DNA of 64,000 nucleotides from the NCBI GenBank assembly GCA_041659685.1, contig JBAZXV010000002.1:120195-184194 (forward strand). The letters are read 5' to 3'. Position numbers and translations under genes: made by a program. The notes under the pieces were generated by a model. The model had not been told where the DNA came from, ran no database searches, and saw only the letters and a list, made by a program, of their open reading frames with translations. Position 1 is the stretch's first letter. The number at the start of each line of letters is the position of its first letter. Source of the stretch: Parcubacteria group bacterium. GTDB taxonomy: Bacteria; Patescibacteriota; Minisyncoccia; Moranbacterales; UBA11712. This document shows, in pieces, positions 47,515 through 56,758 of the stretch.

Positions 47515-47761
47515 TCTGAAACTTTATTTTATTATACCTTAAAAGCGGGATGTCAACAATGAGAGATTCAGAATCTTTTTCAGTTCCTAATTCATTTATT
47601 ATCAACACATTCCATCCGGCAAAAAAAGATCGGATTGAGTTATCCACAATGTTCTAATTAAATTAATTTTGTGGTATAATTTAAAAAAGCGCTGGTTTAA
47701 TTTTCGGCGTTAAAATAAAAAGAAAAAAACTCGGAATCTAAATCTCAATCAAAGATATTTT

Positions 47762-50700
47762 TTGGTTTATTTTGATATTATTATGACAAGAACTCCTCTA
47801 GGCGACAAAAGAAGAGCACAACAAGCACCGAGAAACAGAATAAAAAAACCGAAGGGATCGCAACCTGCCCCATCCGGCGGGCCTGTTGGAGGCGGTTCAA
47901 TGGAATTTCCGCCTCCGCCGCAGGAAGCGGCTCCAGATCCGTCCGCTGAACCGGAAGTGAAATTACCCGAAGTTGGTGATGTCATTGAGTATAGAGTGGG
48001 CGGCAGTTCTAATCCCCAAATATTTCGCGACAAAGTTATAGGGTTACATAAAGATCCAATTACTCAGCAAATGGTTCCGATAATTGAAACTATTTCGGGC
48101 AATGAACGGCCTGTCATGGAATGGTATGATACAGGGGCGAAAATAGTGGGTAAAGCGGGTGAAGTTGAAACAGGATTAGTTGGTGGACCATGTTTTTCAG
48201 GAAGCCCGAAACCGACAGCAGGACCGAATGCTCCTCTGCCGCAGGAAGCGGCTCCAGATCCGTCCGCGGAACCGGAAGTAGATGAAAACTCCATGGATCC
48301 CGTAAAGTTTAAAGAGGTAATAACGAGATTGAGGAGTTCGGATCCGGCCGAGAGAAGCAAAGCCGCGCGAGAAGCCGGCGATCTTGGTTATGTCGAACCG
48401 TTGATAGAAGCGCTTCAGGACCCTGACAAAAAAGTTCGATTCTGGGCCGCTTATTCTTTGGGGGCAATAAAAGATCCTCGCGCCGTAGACCCCCTAATTA
48501 ATTCTCTGAAAGATGTTGACGAAGGCGTTCGCTATCGCGCAGTTGAAGCTTTGGGTGAAATTGCGGACTCAAAAGCAAAAGACGCTATCGAGGGAGCCTT
48601 AAAAGACCCCAGCGCAGCCGTCTGCCAGATTGCTGCGTGGTCCCTAAAAAAAATAGAACAGCAGGAAGCGCAAAAAAACAGCTCCGCCGCGGGGGAACCC
48701 GATGCTGTCTCGGATCCCAAGGGCGTGAGTGCGACCGGGGATGTCCCTGAAGTTGATGCGCCCTCCGGATATGTATATTCGCCGGGCGATGAGTTCTTAT
48801 CCCGGGAACAGCTTGCAGCGCAGCGGGAAGGGGACAAAAAGGCGCCGGAAATCAGAGAGGCAAGAAGAAAAGAAAAAGAAAAACAAAGAGCGAATGAAGA
48901 AGAGTTTGAGGGAAAAATGATCCAGTTTAAGGAAGATATGGCCGGGAAGGCGAGAAATTTTGCGCGAAAAGACCTGGAGAACACGAATAGATGGGAAAAA
49001 TTCAAAAAGATACTCGGAATCGGCAGAGAAGCGGAAAAAGATGAAGTGGTGAAAAATGCCGAAAAAGAATTTGATGACGCTCTTTGGGCGTATGTTGAGG
49101 CCGGGAAGGAAAAATTACCGGAAGGGAACAAAGAGCTGGCTCGGGTGTTTCTGAAATATGCTTTTCTGGTAGGAGAAATAGACCTTCGCTCAATCAAAGT
49201 GGATGAGGCGGCGGAAATGAAAAGAGAAAGCGGCGCCTGGTCGAATAAATATACCGAACATTATAAAAAAAGCAAAGATTGGTGGAAAAACTTGAGCTTC
49301 AAGAAAAAAATGGCCTATTCCGGCGCTGTTTTTGCGGTAGGCGCTACGGGAATTGGGGCCAGTTTCGCTTCGATTGGCGCCATGACTCTTTCGGCAAAGA
49401 TGGGAACCAGAATTCTTGGGGCCGGGGTCATGTATGACAGTTCGATGAAGTGGCAGGAGGCGCTTGACGTGGACGAAGCGGAATATATGGTCAATCAAAA
49501 AATAAACGAAATTTTGAAAGAGAGCGACTGGGAAGAAAGGATTAAAAAACTGACAAAAGAAGAAGTTCTTTCCGTTGCCAAAGAAAGAAGAAAAACTTTC
49601 GAATCCTACGATTCGCTGAATAAAAGAAGGGCTTATTTAATGGCTCTCGCCTTGCCGGTGGTCACAACGGCAGTCGACATATATAGATGGGGGTTTAAGA
49701 CGGCAGGCGCGGGGAGGCTGGTTGGCGAATCCGTAACAAAACCGTCCATTCAGGGAATTGATACTTCTCCCGGATCTCCATCTTCAGGAGGGGTTCTGAC
49801 GAATGCCGATACTTCGCCTAAGGCTGCGGGGGAGATCGCGCCGAGGATTCAAGGGCAAGAAATGAATAATATTGACGCTTCTTCTCAAAATTCTCTTGAA
49901 AATACGCCAAAAAGTGTTAGCGGAATTTTAACGGAAACCGACTCTTCCCCGAAGGCGGTTGAAATTGGTTCCGACACGGTTGGGAGAGGCGGCGGATTAT
50001 GGAGATCAACAGAAAGGTTTATCCGGGCCAATCCTGAAGAGTTTAAACTGGACAGAAAAAGTGCAAATTTTGTCGGCGAAGTGCGAAAACTCACCAGAGA
50101 ACTGCTCGAAAATCATGCCTCCGAACATGGAATGAGCTACGAAGAACTTAACGAAATTGCCAGCACAAAAGTCCAGAGCGAGGATATCCTGAAATTTATC
50201 AAGGACCCTTCAACGGGAGAAATCCATGTTGAATATTCAAGGGATGATATTTTCGGCCAGGGAGGCATTGCAAAGCCGGATGTGCCGCTGGATGAGGGTG
50301 CGGACAAAGAAAAATATATTCAGGAAAAGGCGGCAAAAATTAATGAAGAATATTTAAAATATAAGGGTGGCGGAATTTCAGCAGAACAACATGCCGCACC
50401 CGGCGTTTCGGGCGCTTCGGCCGAAGATTTGGGCCGGAGCAGGCCCGCTCCGAAAGCTCCGGAATGGCTCCAAAAGCATAATGATAATATTGCCATGAAG
50501 AAAGCGGTGGAGGGGCAATTCAGCGATGTGCAGAAAGGAACCGAAGCAAGACTTCGAGAAATTCAAGGGCTTCACCATGAGAACATAACCGCCGAAGCCG
50601 TTATCAGGCAGGGAATTGCGGTTCGCGGACTTCTTAAAAATATCATTCATGAATCAGGTATTGGAAATAATGTTTCTCTTTGGGATGAACCGGCGGAAAA

Positions 50701-50941
50701 ATGGTATGGGGACTTTATAAACAGCGAGGAGTTAATTCCTCAGGATGTATCCCAAAATATGCCAAGCGGTAATTCAATCGATAATATAAATAATAATCGC
50801 AGGATATTAAAGAAAATTTTTTCCCAGCTTCCCAAACCGCAGCCCGGACAGAAGACCTGGCCCGCTCTTCTTGACGCACTGAGAAAAGATCCAGGCAACC
50901 TCGTGAGAATTGAAGAGGCTTTGAATGCGAGATATAAATAG
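47762..50941 (+). CDS. Large (1059 aa) HEAT/PBS-lyase-repeat protein with Pro/Ala-rich linkers and a glycine-zipper hydrophobic segment
   Basis: A tandem duplicated PPPQEAAPDPSAEPEV linker. Four or more HEAT_2-like repeats (DPAERSKAAREAGDLGYVEPLIEALQDPDKKVRFWAAYSLGAIKDPRAVDPLINSLKDVDEGVRYRAVEALGEI...). A charged coiled region. A central GAxxGxG segment (FAVGATGIGASFASIGAMTLSAKMG). Confidence 0.7.
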   Translation: MVYFDIIMTRTPLGDKRRAQQAPRNRIKKPKGSQPAPSGGPVGGGSMEFPPPPQEAAPDPSAEPEVKLPEVGDVIEYRVGGSSNPQIFRDKVIGLHKDPITQQMVPIIETISGNERPVMEWYDTGAKIVGKAGEVETGLVGGPCFSGSPKPTAGPNAPLPQEAAPDPSAEPEVDENSMDPVKFKEVITRLRSSDPAERSKAAREAGDLGYVEPLIEALQDPDKKVRFWAAYSLGAIKDPRAVDPLINSLKDVDEGVRYRAVEALGEIADSKAKDAIEGALKDPSAAVCQIAAWSLKKIEQQEAQKNSSAAGEPDAVSDPKGVSATGDVPEVDAPSGYVYSPGDEFLSREQLAAQREGDKKAPEIREARRKEKEKQRANEEEFEGKMIQFKEDMAGKARNFARKDLENTNRWEKFKKILGIGREAEKDEVVKNAEKEFDDALWAYVEAGKEKLPEGNKELARVFLKYAFLVGEIDLRSIKVDEAAEMKRESGAWSNKYTEHYKKSKDWWKNLSFKKKMAYSGAVFAVGATGIGASFASIGAMTLSAKMGTRILGAGVMYDSSMKWQEALDVDEAEYMVNQKINEILKESDWEERIKKLTKEEVLSVAKERRKTFESYDSLNKRRAYLMALALPVVTTAVDIYRWGFKTAGAGRLVGESVTKPSIQGIDTSPGSPSSGGVLTNADTSPKAAGEIAPRIQGQEMNNIDASSQNSLENTPKSVSGILTETDSSPKAVEIGSDTVGRGGGLWRSTERFIRANPEEFKLDRKSANFVGEVRKLTRELLENHASEHGMSYEELNEIASTKVQSEDILKFIKDPSTGEIHVEYSRDDIFGQGGIAKPDVPLDEGADKEKYIQEKAAKINEEYLKYKGGGISAEQHAAPGVSGASAEDLGRSRPAPKAPEWLQKHNDNIAMKKAVEGQFSDVQKGTEARLREIQGLHHENITAEAVIRQGIAVRGLLKNIIHESGIGNNVSLWDEPAEKWYGDFINSEELIPQDVSQNMPSGNSIDNINNNRRILKKIFSQLPKPQPGQKTWPALLDALRKDPGNLVRIEEALNARYK

Positions 50942-50967
50942 ACAATAATAAATTGTTATATAAATAA

Positions 50968-51294
50968 ATGCAAAATAATTCAATTCTCAAAAAAAATTTG
51001 ATTGACGAGCTGGGATTAGGCGCCTTGCCCCAAGAAAAGCAGGATGAACTGATAGCTAAAATGGGCGAAGTGATAACGAAAAAGATATATCTTGAGACAA
51101 TGGAAAATTTGAGTGAAACCGACAAAGAGGAGCTGGTGAAAATGCTCGATGCCGAAGCTGAATCGGAAAAAATAGAAGAATTTCTCAAAGGAAAAATTGA
51201 AAATTACGAAGAGATTGTGAAAAAAATCATTGATGATTTTAAGGAGGAAATAAAAGAAGCGGCGAATAAATTTGATGATAAATATAAAGAGTAA
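50968..51294 (+). CDS. Small acidic hypothetical protein (108 aa)
   Basis: ORF directly downstream of the HEAT protein on the same strand. Glu/Lys-rich helical composition. No family recognised. Confidence 0.4.
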   Translation: MQNNSILKKNLIDELGLGALPQEKQDELIAKMGEVITKKIYLETMENLSETDKEELVKMLDAEAESEKIEEFLKGKIENYEEIVKKIIDDFKEEIKEAANKFDDKYKE

Positions 51295-51298
51295 TTCT

Positions 51299-51793
51299 AT
51301 GCCTACAAATTATCTTGAGCCAATTGAGAAGGAGGATGTTGATCTGAAGGGAAAATTTACGGGACAAAGAGAAAGCGCGGTTCCAAGCCCCGAAAAAAAT
51401 CTTATAAAAGAAGAAAAGATAGCGACGATTGAAACGCCGGGGAAAAAAGAAATTGAACCAGCCGGCCCCGAAAAAGAAACGGGAGCGGAAGTCCAGGAAG
51501 AAAAAATTTCCGAGAAAATAGAAACTGCCAGAAAAACGATCAGCACCCATAAGCCGGGTACTGCGGCGGCAATTACGGATGACGCGAAAACGATTGCCGG
51601 AATCACCGAATATGAAAAAAAAGTGGAAAAGCTTGTCGAGCTTGCCCTCCAAAAGGGTCCAGAACATGCGATCAAAGTCGCTCAGCACATGGATTCAAAT
51701 GACAACTATACTCTTGATGAACTTCATGATCGGATGATAGAAGACGATTTGAGAAAACAGCTTGTTCAAAAAGGCATGCTGAAAGATTTATAG
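51299..51793 (+). CDS. Hypothetical protein (about 165 aa), Glu/Lys/Pro-rich N-terminal half
   Basis: The start at 51299 (MPTNYLEP) is preferred over the overlapping 51272 start. The C-terminal 60 aa look globular. Confidence 0.4.
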   Translation: MPTNYLEPIEKEDVDLKGKFTGQRESAVPSPEKNLIKEEKIATIETPGKKEIEPAGPEKETGAEVQEEKISEKIETARKTISTHKPGTAAAITDDAKTIAGITEYEKKVEKLVELALQKGPEHAIKVAQHMDSNDNYTLDELHDRMIEDDLRKQLVQKGMLKDL

Positions 51794-51833
51794 AATTTTT
51801 CAAAAAAATTTGGTTTAAGTAACAAAAACAAAA

Positions 51834-54374
51834 ATGGATGCGTTGAATCTTAATTTAATTCTGTATCCGCTGGCCGGCCTTCTGGCGCTTGCCAGCCTGA
51901 TTTCCGGTTTTTGGATGGTATTTCGAAGTTTCTCTATTTTTCGCGGGGAGATAACCCGGTCCTTAAACATGGACATGGATGTCGTAAAGGTGAGCCATTC
52001 GCTCAAGACCCAATCGCAATCATCACAACAGCAACAGCAGCAGCCAAAACCGGAAAAGGAAATAATTTCCGTTATGGAACACCTCTTTGCCAGTCTTGGA
52101 AATATAAAAGAAAAAGCGGGATTTTGGCACAGGATAATATACGGCGACGCAGTGATCGCGCTTGAAATTGCCAATCCGTCTGAAAACGACGAAATTTGTT
52201 TTTATATCGGGGCGCCAAAAAAATTCATCTCAATCGTGGAGCGCCAAGTCCACAGTTTTTTCCCGAAAGCGTCCATCGAAAGAGTGAAGGATTACAATAT
52301 ATTTTACCCGGGCAGCAGAACGGCTGCTTCATATCTTATGCTTCGCGACAAGGACTGCCTTCCGGTTCGCACGTACCAAACGCTCGAATCCGATCCTCTT
52401 AACAATATCACCAACGTCCTTGGAAAATTCGACGAGAAAAAAGAAGGAGCCGCCATTCAAGTTCTCATTAAGCCGGCTCGCGGAGACTGGAGAAGCAAGG
52501 GAAGGGAGATTGCCCATAAGATGCAGCAGGGCAGGCGCCTTGCTGACGTAAAGAGAGACACACCCGTCCGGCTTTTCCTTCGGGGCTTTTTTAGTATTAT
52601 TTTTAAAAAAGACGATGACCAAAAAAAAGATATATTCAAGCCGAACAAAGAGCAGGTTCAACTGACGCCTGAAGAACAGGAGATAGTGAAAAAAATCGAG
52701 GGAAAATCTAATAAACCTGGTTTTGGCGTCAACATCAGGCTGGTGGCTTCCGCTTTGAACCAGGAAAGGGCCGAGTCGATCTTGGCGGAGCTTGAGAACG
52801 CTTTCATCCAGTATGAAAATCCAAGCATCAACGGATTCAAGGTAGTGAGGGACAGCAAGAAAAATAGCAACAACACCGCCTTTAATTTCATATTTCGGAT
52901 TTTCAAAAATGAGCAGAGCTTCGTTCTTTCTTCGGAGGAAATATCGAGTATCTTTCATTTCCCTCTTTTTTCGACTGAAACGCCGAAGATTGCCTGGCTC
53001 AAGGCCAGAACTGCCGCGCCGCCTTCAAATATTTCCAAGGAGGGGATAAAACTCGGTTTTAACGATTATCGGGGAGTGGACACGGTTATCCATCATGCGG
53101 ATGATGACCGCCGCCGCCATTTCTATATTATCGGTCAGACCGGAACCGGAAAATCAACCATGATGGAAGAAATGGTGAAGCAGGACATAATAAACGGAAA
53201 AGGAGTTTGCGTTATTGATCCCCATGGCGAGTTCGTGGAGCATGTGATCGAATGCGTTCCGAAAGAAAGGGCGGAGGACGTCATCTATTTCGACCCGGGC
53301 GATATGGAAAGGCCGTTCGGGCTCAACATGCTCGAATACGATACATCGAAGCCGGAACAGAAGACATTTGTCATTAATGAAATGATAAATATTTTTGACA
53401 AGCTGTATGACCTTAAGCAAACCGGTGGTCCGATGTTCGAGCAATATATGCGAAACGCGGCCCTTCTTGTCATGGAACATCCCGAATCAGGATCGACTCT
53501 CATGGAAATTCCGCGGGTGCTCGCTGACGAAGAATTCCGGCACCTCAAGCTTTCTCACTGCACCAATCCGATTGTCAAAAATTTTTGGGAAAAGGAAGCC
53601 GAAAAAGCGGGCGGAGAAGCGGCTCTTGCCAATATGGTTCCTTATATCACATCGAAACTCACTCAGTTCATATCAAATGATATGATGCGGCCGATTATCG
53701 CCCAGGAAAAAACGACCGTGAATTTCCGTCGGGCCATGGATGAACAGCAAATAGTCCTCGTCAATCTTTCCAAAGGAAAAATAGGGGAAATAAATGCCAA
53801 TCTTTTGGGTATGATAATCGTTGGGAAAATTTTAATTTCGGCTCTTTCGCGGGTGGATATGCCGGAAGAGGAACGCAAGGACTTTTATCTCTATATCGAC
53901 GAATTTCAGAATTTTACAACTGATTCAATCGCCCAAATTCTCTCCGAGGCGCGAAAATACCGTCTGGCCCTCGTCATAGCTCACCAGTTCATTGCCCAGC
54001 TCAAGGAAGAAATATCAAAAGCTGTCTTCGGAAACGTGGGATCGATTTGCTCATTCCGTGTTGGCGCGGAAGACGCAGAGTTTCTGCAAAAACAATTCGA
54101 GCCGGTTTTTGACGCAAACGATCTCATGAACGTAGATAACAGAAATTGTTTCATGAAACTTCTCATCGCGAGCCAGGTGGCTTCGCCCTTCAATATGAAG
54201 ACATATCCGCCGACGAAGGGCAGCGCAAAGATTGCCGAAGCGATAAAAGAGCTTTCTAAATTGAAATATGGAAGAAATCGTGATATAGTAAATGAAGAGA
54301 TAATGAAAAAATCTAATTATGTTACTCCGCCGCCTTCTGCCGACGCGTTCGATATGGGGGAAAAACCATTATAA
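51834..54374 (+). CDS. Membrane-anchored P-loop ATPase of the VirB4/TraC/HerA/FtsK superfamily
   Basis: N-terminal TM (LILYPLAGLLALASLISGFWMVF). Walker A at about aa 435 (HFYIIGQTGTGKSTMM). A DPHGE motif. Walker B (FYLYIDEFQNF). 846 aa. The Walker A position near residue 440 resembles VirB4-type conjugative ATPases. Confidence 0.75.
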   Translation: MDALNLNLILYPLAGLLALASLISGFWMVFRSFSIFRGEITRSLNMDMDVVKVSHSLKTQSQSSQQQQQQPKPEKEIISVMEHLFASLGNIKEKAGFWHRIIYGDAVIALEIANPSENDEICFYIGAPKKFISIVERQVHSFFPKASIERVKDYNIFYPGSRTAASYLMLRDKDCLPVRTYQTLESDPLNNITNVLGKFDEKKEGAAIQVLIKPARGDWRSKGREIAHKMQQGRRLADVKRDTPVRLFLRGFFSIIFKKDDDQKKDIFKPNKEQVQLTPEEQEIVKKIEGKSNKPGFGVNIRLVASALNQERAESILAELENAFIQYENPSINGFKVVRDSKKNSNNTAFNFIFRIFKNEQSFVLSSEEISSIFHFPLFSTETPKIAWLKARTAAPPSNISKEGIKLGFNDYRGVDTVIHHADDDRRRHFYIIGQTGTGKSTMMEEMVKQDIINGKGVCVIDPHGEFVEHVIECVPKERAEDVIYFDPGDMERPFGLNMLEYDTSKPEQKTFVINEMINIFDKLYDLKQTGGPMFEQYMRNAALLVMEHPESGSTLMEIPRVLADEEFRHLKLSHCTNPIVKNFWEKEAEKAGGEAALANMVPYITSKLTQFISNDMMRPIIAQEKTTVNFRRAMDEQQIVLVNLSKGKIGEINANLLGMIIVGKILISALSRVDMPEEERKDFYLYIDEFQNFTTDSIAQILSEARKYRLALVIAHQFIAQLKEEISKAVFGNVGSICSFRVGAEDAEFLQKQFEPVFDANDLMNVDNRNCFMKLLIASQVASPFNMKTYPPTKGSAKIAEAIKELSKLKYGRNRDIVNEEIMKKSNYVTPPPSADAFDMGEKPL

Positions 54375-54453
54375 ATGAAAAATGCAAAAATAAAAGTGAA
54401 AAATGACAATTTAAAATGCAAAATTATTTTAATGTTCAATTTATTATAATATT

Positions 54454-54624
54454 ATGACAGACGATCAATTTCAAGAGCAATCCGAAGAACAGGGGACACT
54501 CGACCCCCATTGCGTTTCCTGCGGCATGCCCATGAAAAAAGAAGAAGAATACGGAACAAATGCGGATGGAAGTAAAAATAATGAATATTGCTGCCATTGC
54601 CTTATTGATGGCGAGAAAAAATAA
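54454..54624 (+). CDS. Small zinc-ribbon protein (56 aa)
   Basis: MTDDQFQEQSEEQGTLDPHCVSCGMPMKKEEEYGTNADGSKNNEYCCHCLIDGEKK, with CxxC...CxxC pairs. It lies directly downstream of the ATPase. Confidence 0.4.
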   Translation: MTDDQFQEQSEEQGTLDPHCVSCGMPMKKEEEYGTNADGSKNNEYCCHCLIDGEKK

Positions 54625-54650
54625 AAGTAAACTAGAAAGCGAGGTGAAAT

Positions 54651-54815
54651 ATGACAGACGACATGACAACAACTCCTCCGGCAGACGACACGCAAGCCGA
54701 CGAAGGGATGCAAACTCAGCCAATGACTCCTGCAGGAGAAACTCCTGCAGAAGAAGCTCCAGTTGAGGAAACTCCGGCTGAAGAAGGCGCGGAAGCGACT
54801 CCTCCGACTGAATAG
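54651..54815 (+). CDS. Small acidic Pro/Thr/Glu-rich ORF (54 aa)
   Basis: MTDDMTTTPPADDTQADEGMQTQPMTPAGETPAEEAPVEETPAEEGAEATPPTE. It shares the MTDD start with the preceding ORF. The sequence is low-complexity and the call is low-confidence. Confidence 0.25.
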   Translation: MTDDMTTTPPADDTQADEGMQTQPMTPAGETPAEEAPVEETPAEEGAEATPPTE

Positions 54816-54958
54816 TAAGTAGCCACGCTATTTATCCGCCTTTGCAGAAGGCCACGAGTGTTTTCTAAGCTAAAATACACGAAAATCTTCTGCTTCGGCG
54901 GATTCCGCACTGATGAATAAAATTATTTGTCGGGCTTGCGGAACTTCATAATCAAAAA

Positions 54959-54986
54959 ACCGGCCATTGATTTGGCTGGTTTTTTG
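54959..54986. terminator. Bidirectional intrinsic terminator
   Basis: AAAAAACCGGCCA-TTGATT-TGGCTGGTTTTTTG. It sits between the convergent plus-strand block and the minus-strand gene at 55003. Confidence 0.55.
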
Positions 54987-55002
54987 TTATATATAAGGAT
55001 AA

Positions 55003-55473
55003 TTATCCATTCTTCATTTCATCATACTCTTTTACGGTCTGTCCGAATATTCCTTTTTCCTCTTCTTCTGTCAGTCTGGCACGTTTTTTTTCTCCAAGTT
55101 GATGCAAGCGGGCTTGTCTGACCATCGACTCGGTCAGTTTTTTTGCAAATAACGGATTGCTTTCTGTTTCTCCGCTCTTTTTCCGCCTGGTGAAAAATTC
55201 GTATATATGATTTATTAAGTTAGTCGCTTTTTCGGAATCCAGATCATCCTTGTCAAATATTTTTTTATCTATTAAAAATACTTTTATTAAGAATCTGATA
55301 TTATGCTCTGCTTTTTCTTTTGGCAATTCCGATGTTGTTTGGTCCTTGGGCTGCTTTGCCATCATTTCCAAAAATCCGTTTCCCAGTTCTTCGAGTATAA
55401 TTATTTCGCCGTCTCGAGTTGCGGATTCCTCATTTGGAGCCGGACCGCCGAATTTTTCATTTGATTCCATCAT
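55003..55473 (-). CDS. Hypothetical protein (156 aa)
   Basis: Overlaps the upstream DUF763-like gene by 4 nt (ATGA), which suggests translational coupling. No family recognised. Confidence 0.5.
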   Translation of the reverse strand: MMESNEKFGGPAPNEESATRDGEIIILEELGNGFLEMMAKQPKDQTTSELPKEKAEHNIRFLIKVFLIDKKIFDKDDLDSEKATNLINHIYEFFTRRKKSGETESNPLFAKKLTESMVRQARLHQLGEKKRARLTEEEEKGIFGQTVKEYDEMKNG

Positions 55474-56615
55474 ATTAATTTATTGGATAATTTCTTTTTT
55501 TCAGAATATCCGATTTTCATTTTCTCTACAAGCTTTTGCATTGTTGCGATAGTCTCGTCGTATGTCGGGCGGTCGACGGGGTAGGGGATGAAGTCTTTTC
55601 CGCCATGAGCGAAAGAATAGCGGGCCGGGTCTTCATATGACGCTTTTGCGCCATAAATCACTTCCGCGGTGAGAGCGAGAGCCCGGATGGTTTTTGGACC
55701 GACACCCTTGAGAGACAAAAGCTCTTCGTAACTCTTCGGCTTGATTTCAGAAACTTCATATAAAATCTTTTGCAGGTATTTGCTTTTGGTGAAATCTTCA
55801 GTGACAACGGGCAAAACCTTGAAGTCCCGGTCGTGGAGATGCATTGTGGTCAATTCCTGGTTTCTGTTTCCAATTGAAACAACGTCACTTTGCGGCGTGG
55901 AATATTTTCGAAGTAGCTGAAAATCATTCATGAGAGTTTTATAGCTCCCTTGCACGAGTTCTGTTGAAATTTTTTGAGTATTTTCGCTTTCCCGCGCGGC
56001 CATATTCAGGCCGACATGCCGGCCATCGGAGATGATCCCGCTGTGCGGCTCAAGGACAAGATTCTTGGCGGTGTCAGAATACCAATGGTATCTTCTCGCG
56101 GTTACATTTTTTTCGTTCATTCCCTGTTGCACAACCGCCCAGGCGCCGTTTCGTGAAAAGAAAAATGAATGGTGATAAATTTGGAATCCGTCTTGAACGA
56201 GCGAGGAGTCGACTTTGGCTGCCATTCGGGAATTATATTCCAAAGAATTTATTTTTTCCTGAGAAAGCTCCGCCCGCGCCCCAAAGAGGGAAATCTGTTC
56301 CGGAGTTTTGAGGGAAGTTTTCCCTTTACCGCCGCAAATGTATATTCCGAGGTCCATTTCTTCGTCACGGATGGCTTCTTTGAGAGCGGCCGTTAAAATA
56401 GTGGTGAGGCCCGAGGCGTTCCAGTCAAAAGCCAGCACCGTTCCGAGTGCCTGAAACCAGACCGGATCGGCGATTCGGCGAACGTATTCATCCGGCCCGT
56501 ATTCGGCAATAATCACCCGTGTCATCTCCCGCCCCAATTTCACCATCCGCTCAAACAGCCATCTCGGACACTTGCCGTAATCAAGGGTAAATGTGGCAAT
56601 TCCTCTCTTAAACAT
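55470..56615 (-). CDS. DUF763-like protein
   Basis: The N-terminal segment KCPRWLFERMVKLGREMTRVIIAEYGPDEYVRRIADPVWFQALGTVLAFDWNASGLTTI matches my recollection of the DUF763 family (H.GK.P.WL..RM...DP.WFQA..C.LGFDW.SSG.TT). This is from memory and has not been verified. Confidence 0.55.
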   Translation of the reverse strand: MFKRGIATFTLDYGKCPRWLFERMVKLGREMTRVIIAEYGPDEYVRRIADPVWFQALGTVLAFDWNASGLTTILTAALKEAIRDEEMDLGIYICGGKGKTSLKTPEQISLFGARAELSQEKINSLEYNSRMAAKVDSSLVQDGFQIYHHSFFFSRNGAWAVVQQGMNEKNVTARRYHWYSDTAKNLVLEPHSGIISDGRHVGLNMAARESENTQKISTELVQGSYKTLMNDFQLLRKYSTPQSDVVSIGNRNQELTTMHLHDRDFKVLPVVTEDFTKSKYLQKILYEVSEIKPKSYEELLSLKGVGPKTIRALALTAEVIYGAKASYEDPARYSFAHGGKDFIPYPVDRPTYDETIATMQKLVEKMKIGYSEKKKLSNKLI

Positions 56616-56697
56616 AAAATACCTTTTAGTAACGTTTCGTGTTGTGGGTTATGTGCCTCGAGAGCACACTATCACTATATCACCAATATCAGCTCCA

Positions 56698-56730
56698 AGC
56701 AAAACAAAAACACTGCAATAAATTGCAGTG
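56698..56730 (-). terminator. Intrinsic terminator after the ATP-grasp gene (minus strand)
   Basis: Perfect 9-bp hairpin CACTGCAAT-AA-ATTGCAGTG. On the minus strand it is followed by TTTTTGTTTTG. Confidence 0.55.
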
Positions 56731-56758
56731 GGAAAAAAATTGGAAAAGTTCAGTATAA

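Noticed and set aside
48532-49197. 221-aa minus-strand ORF inside the HEAT-repeat giant gene
   Set aside because: It is antisense and Ser/Ala/Phe-rich low complexity. The sense strand has clear HEAT repeats.
52329-52958. 209-aa minus-strand ORF inside the VirB4/HerA-like ATPase gene
   Set aside because: It is antisense to a well-supported long ORF and has no motifs, so it is an artefact of the open antisense frame.
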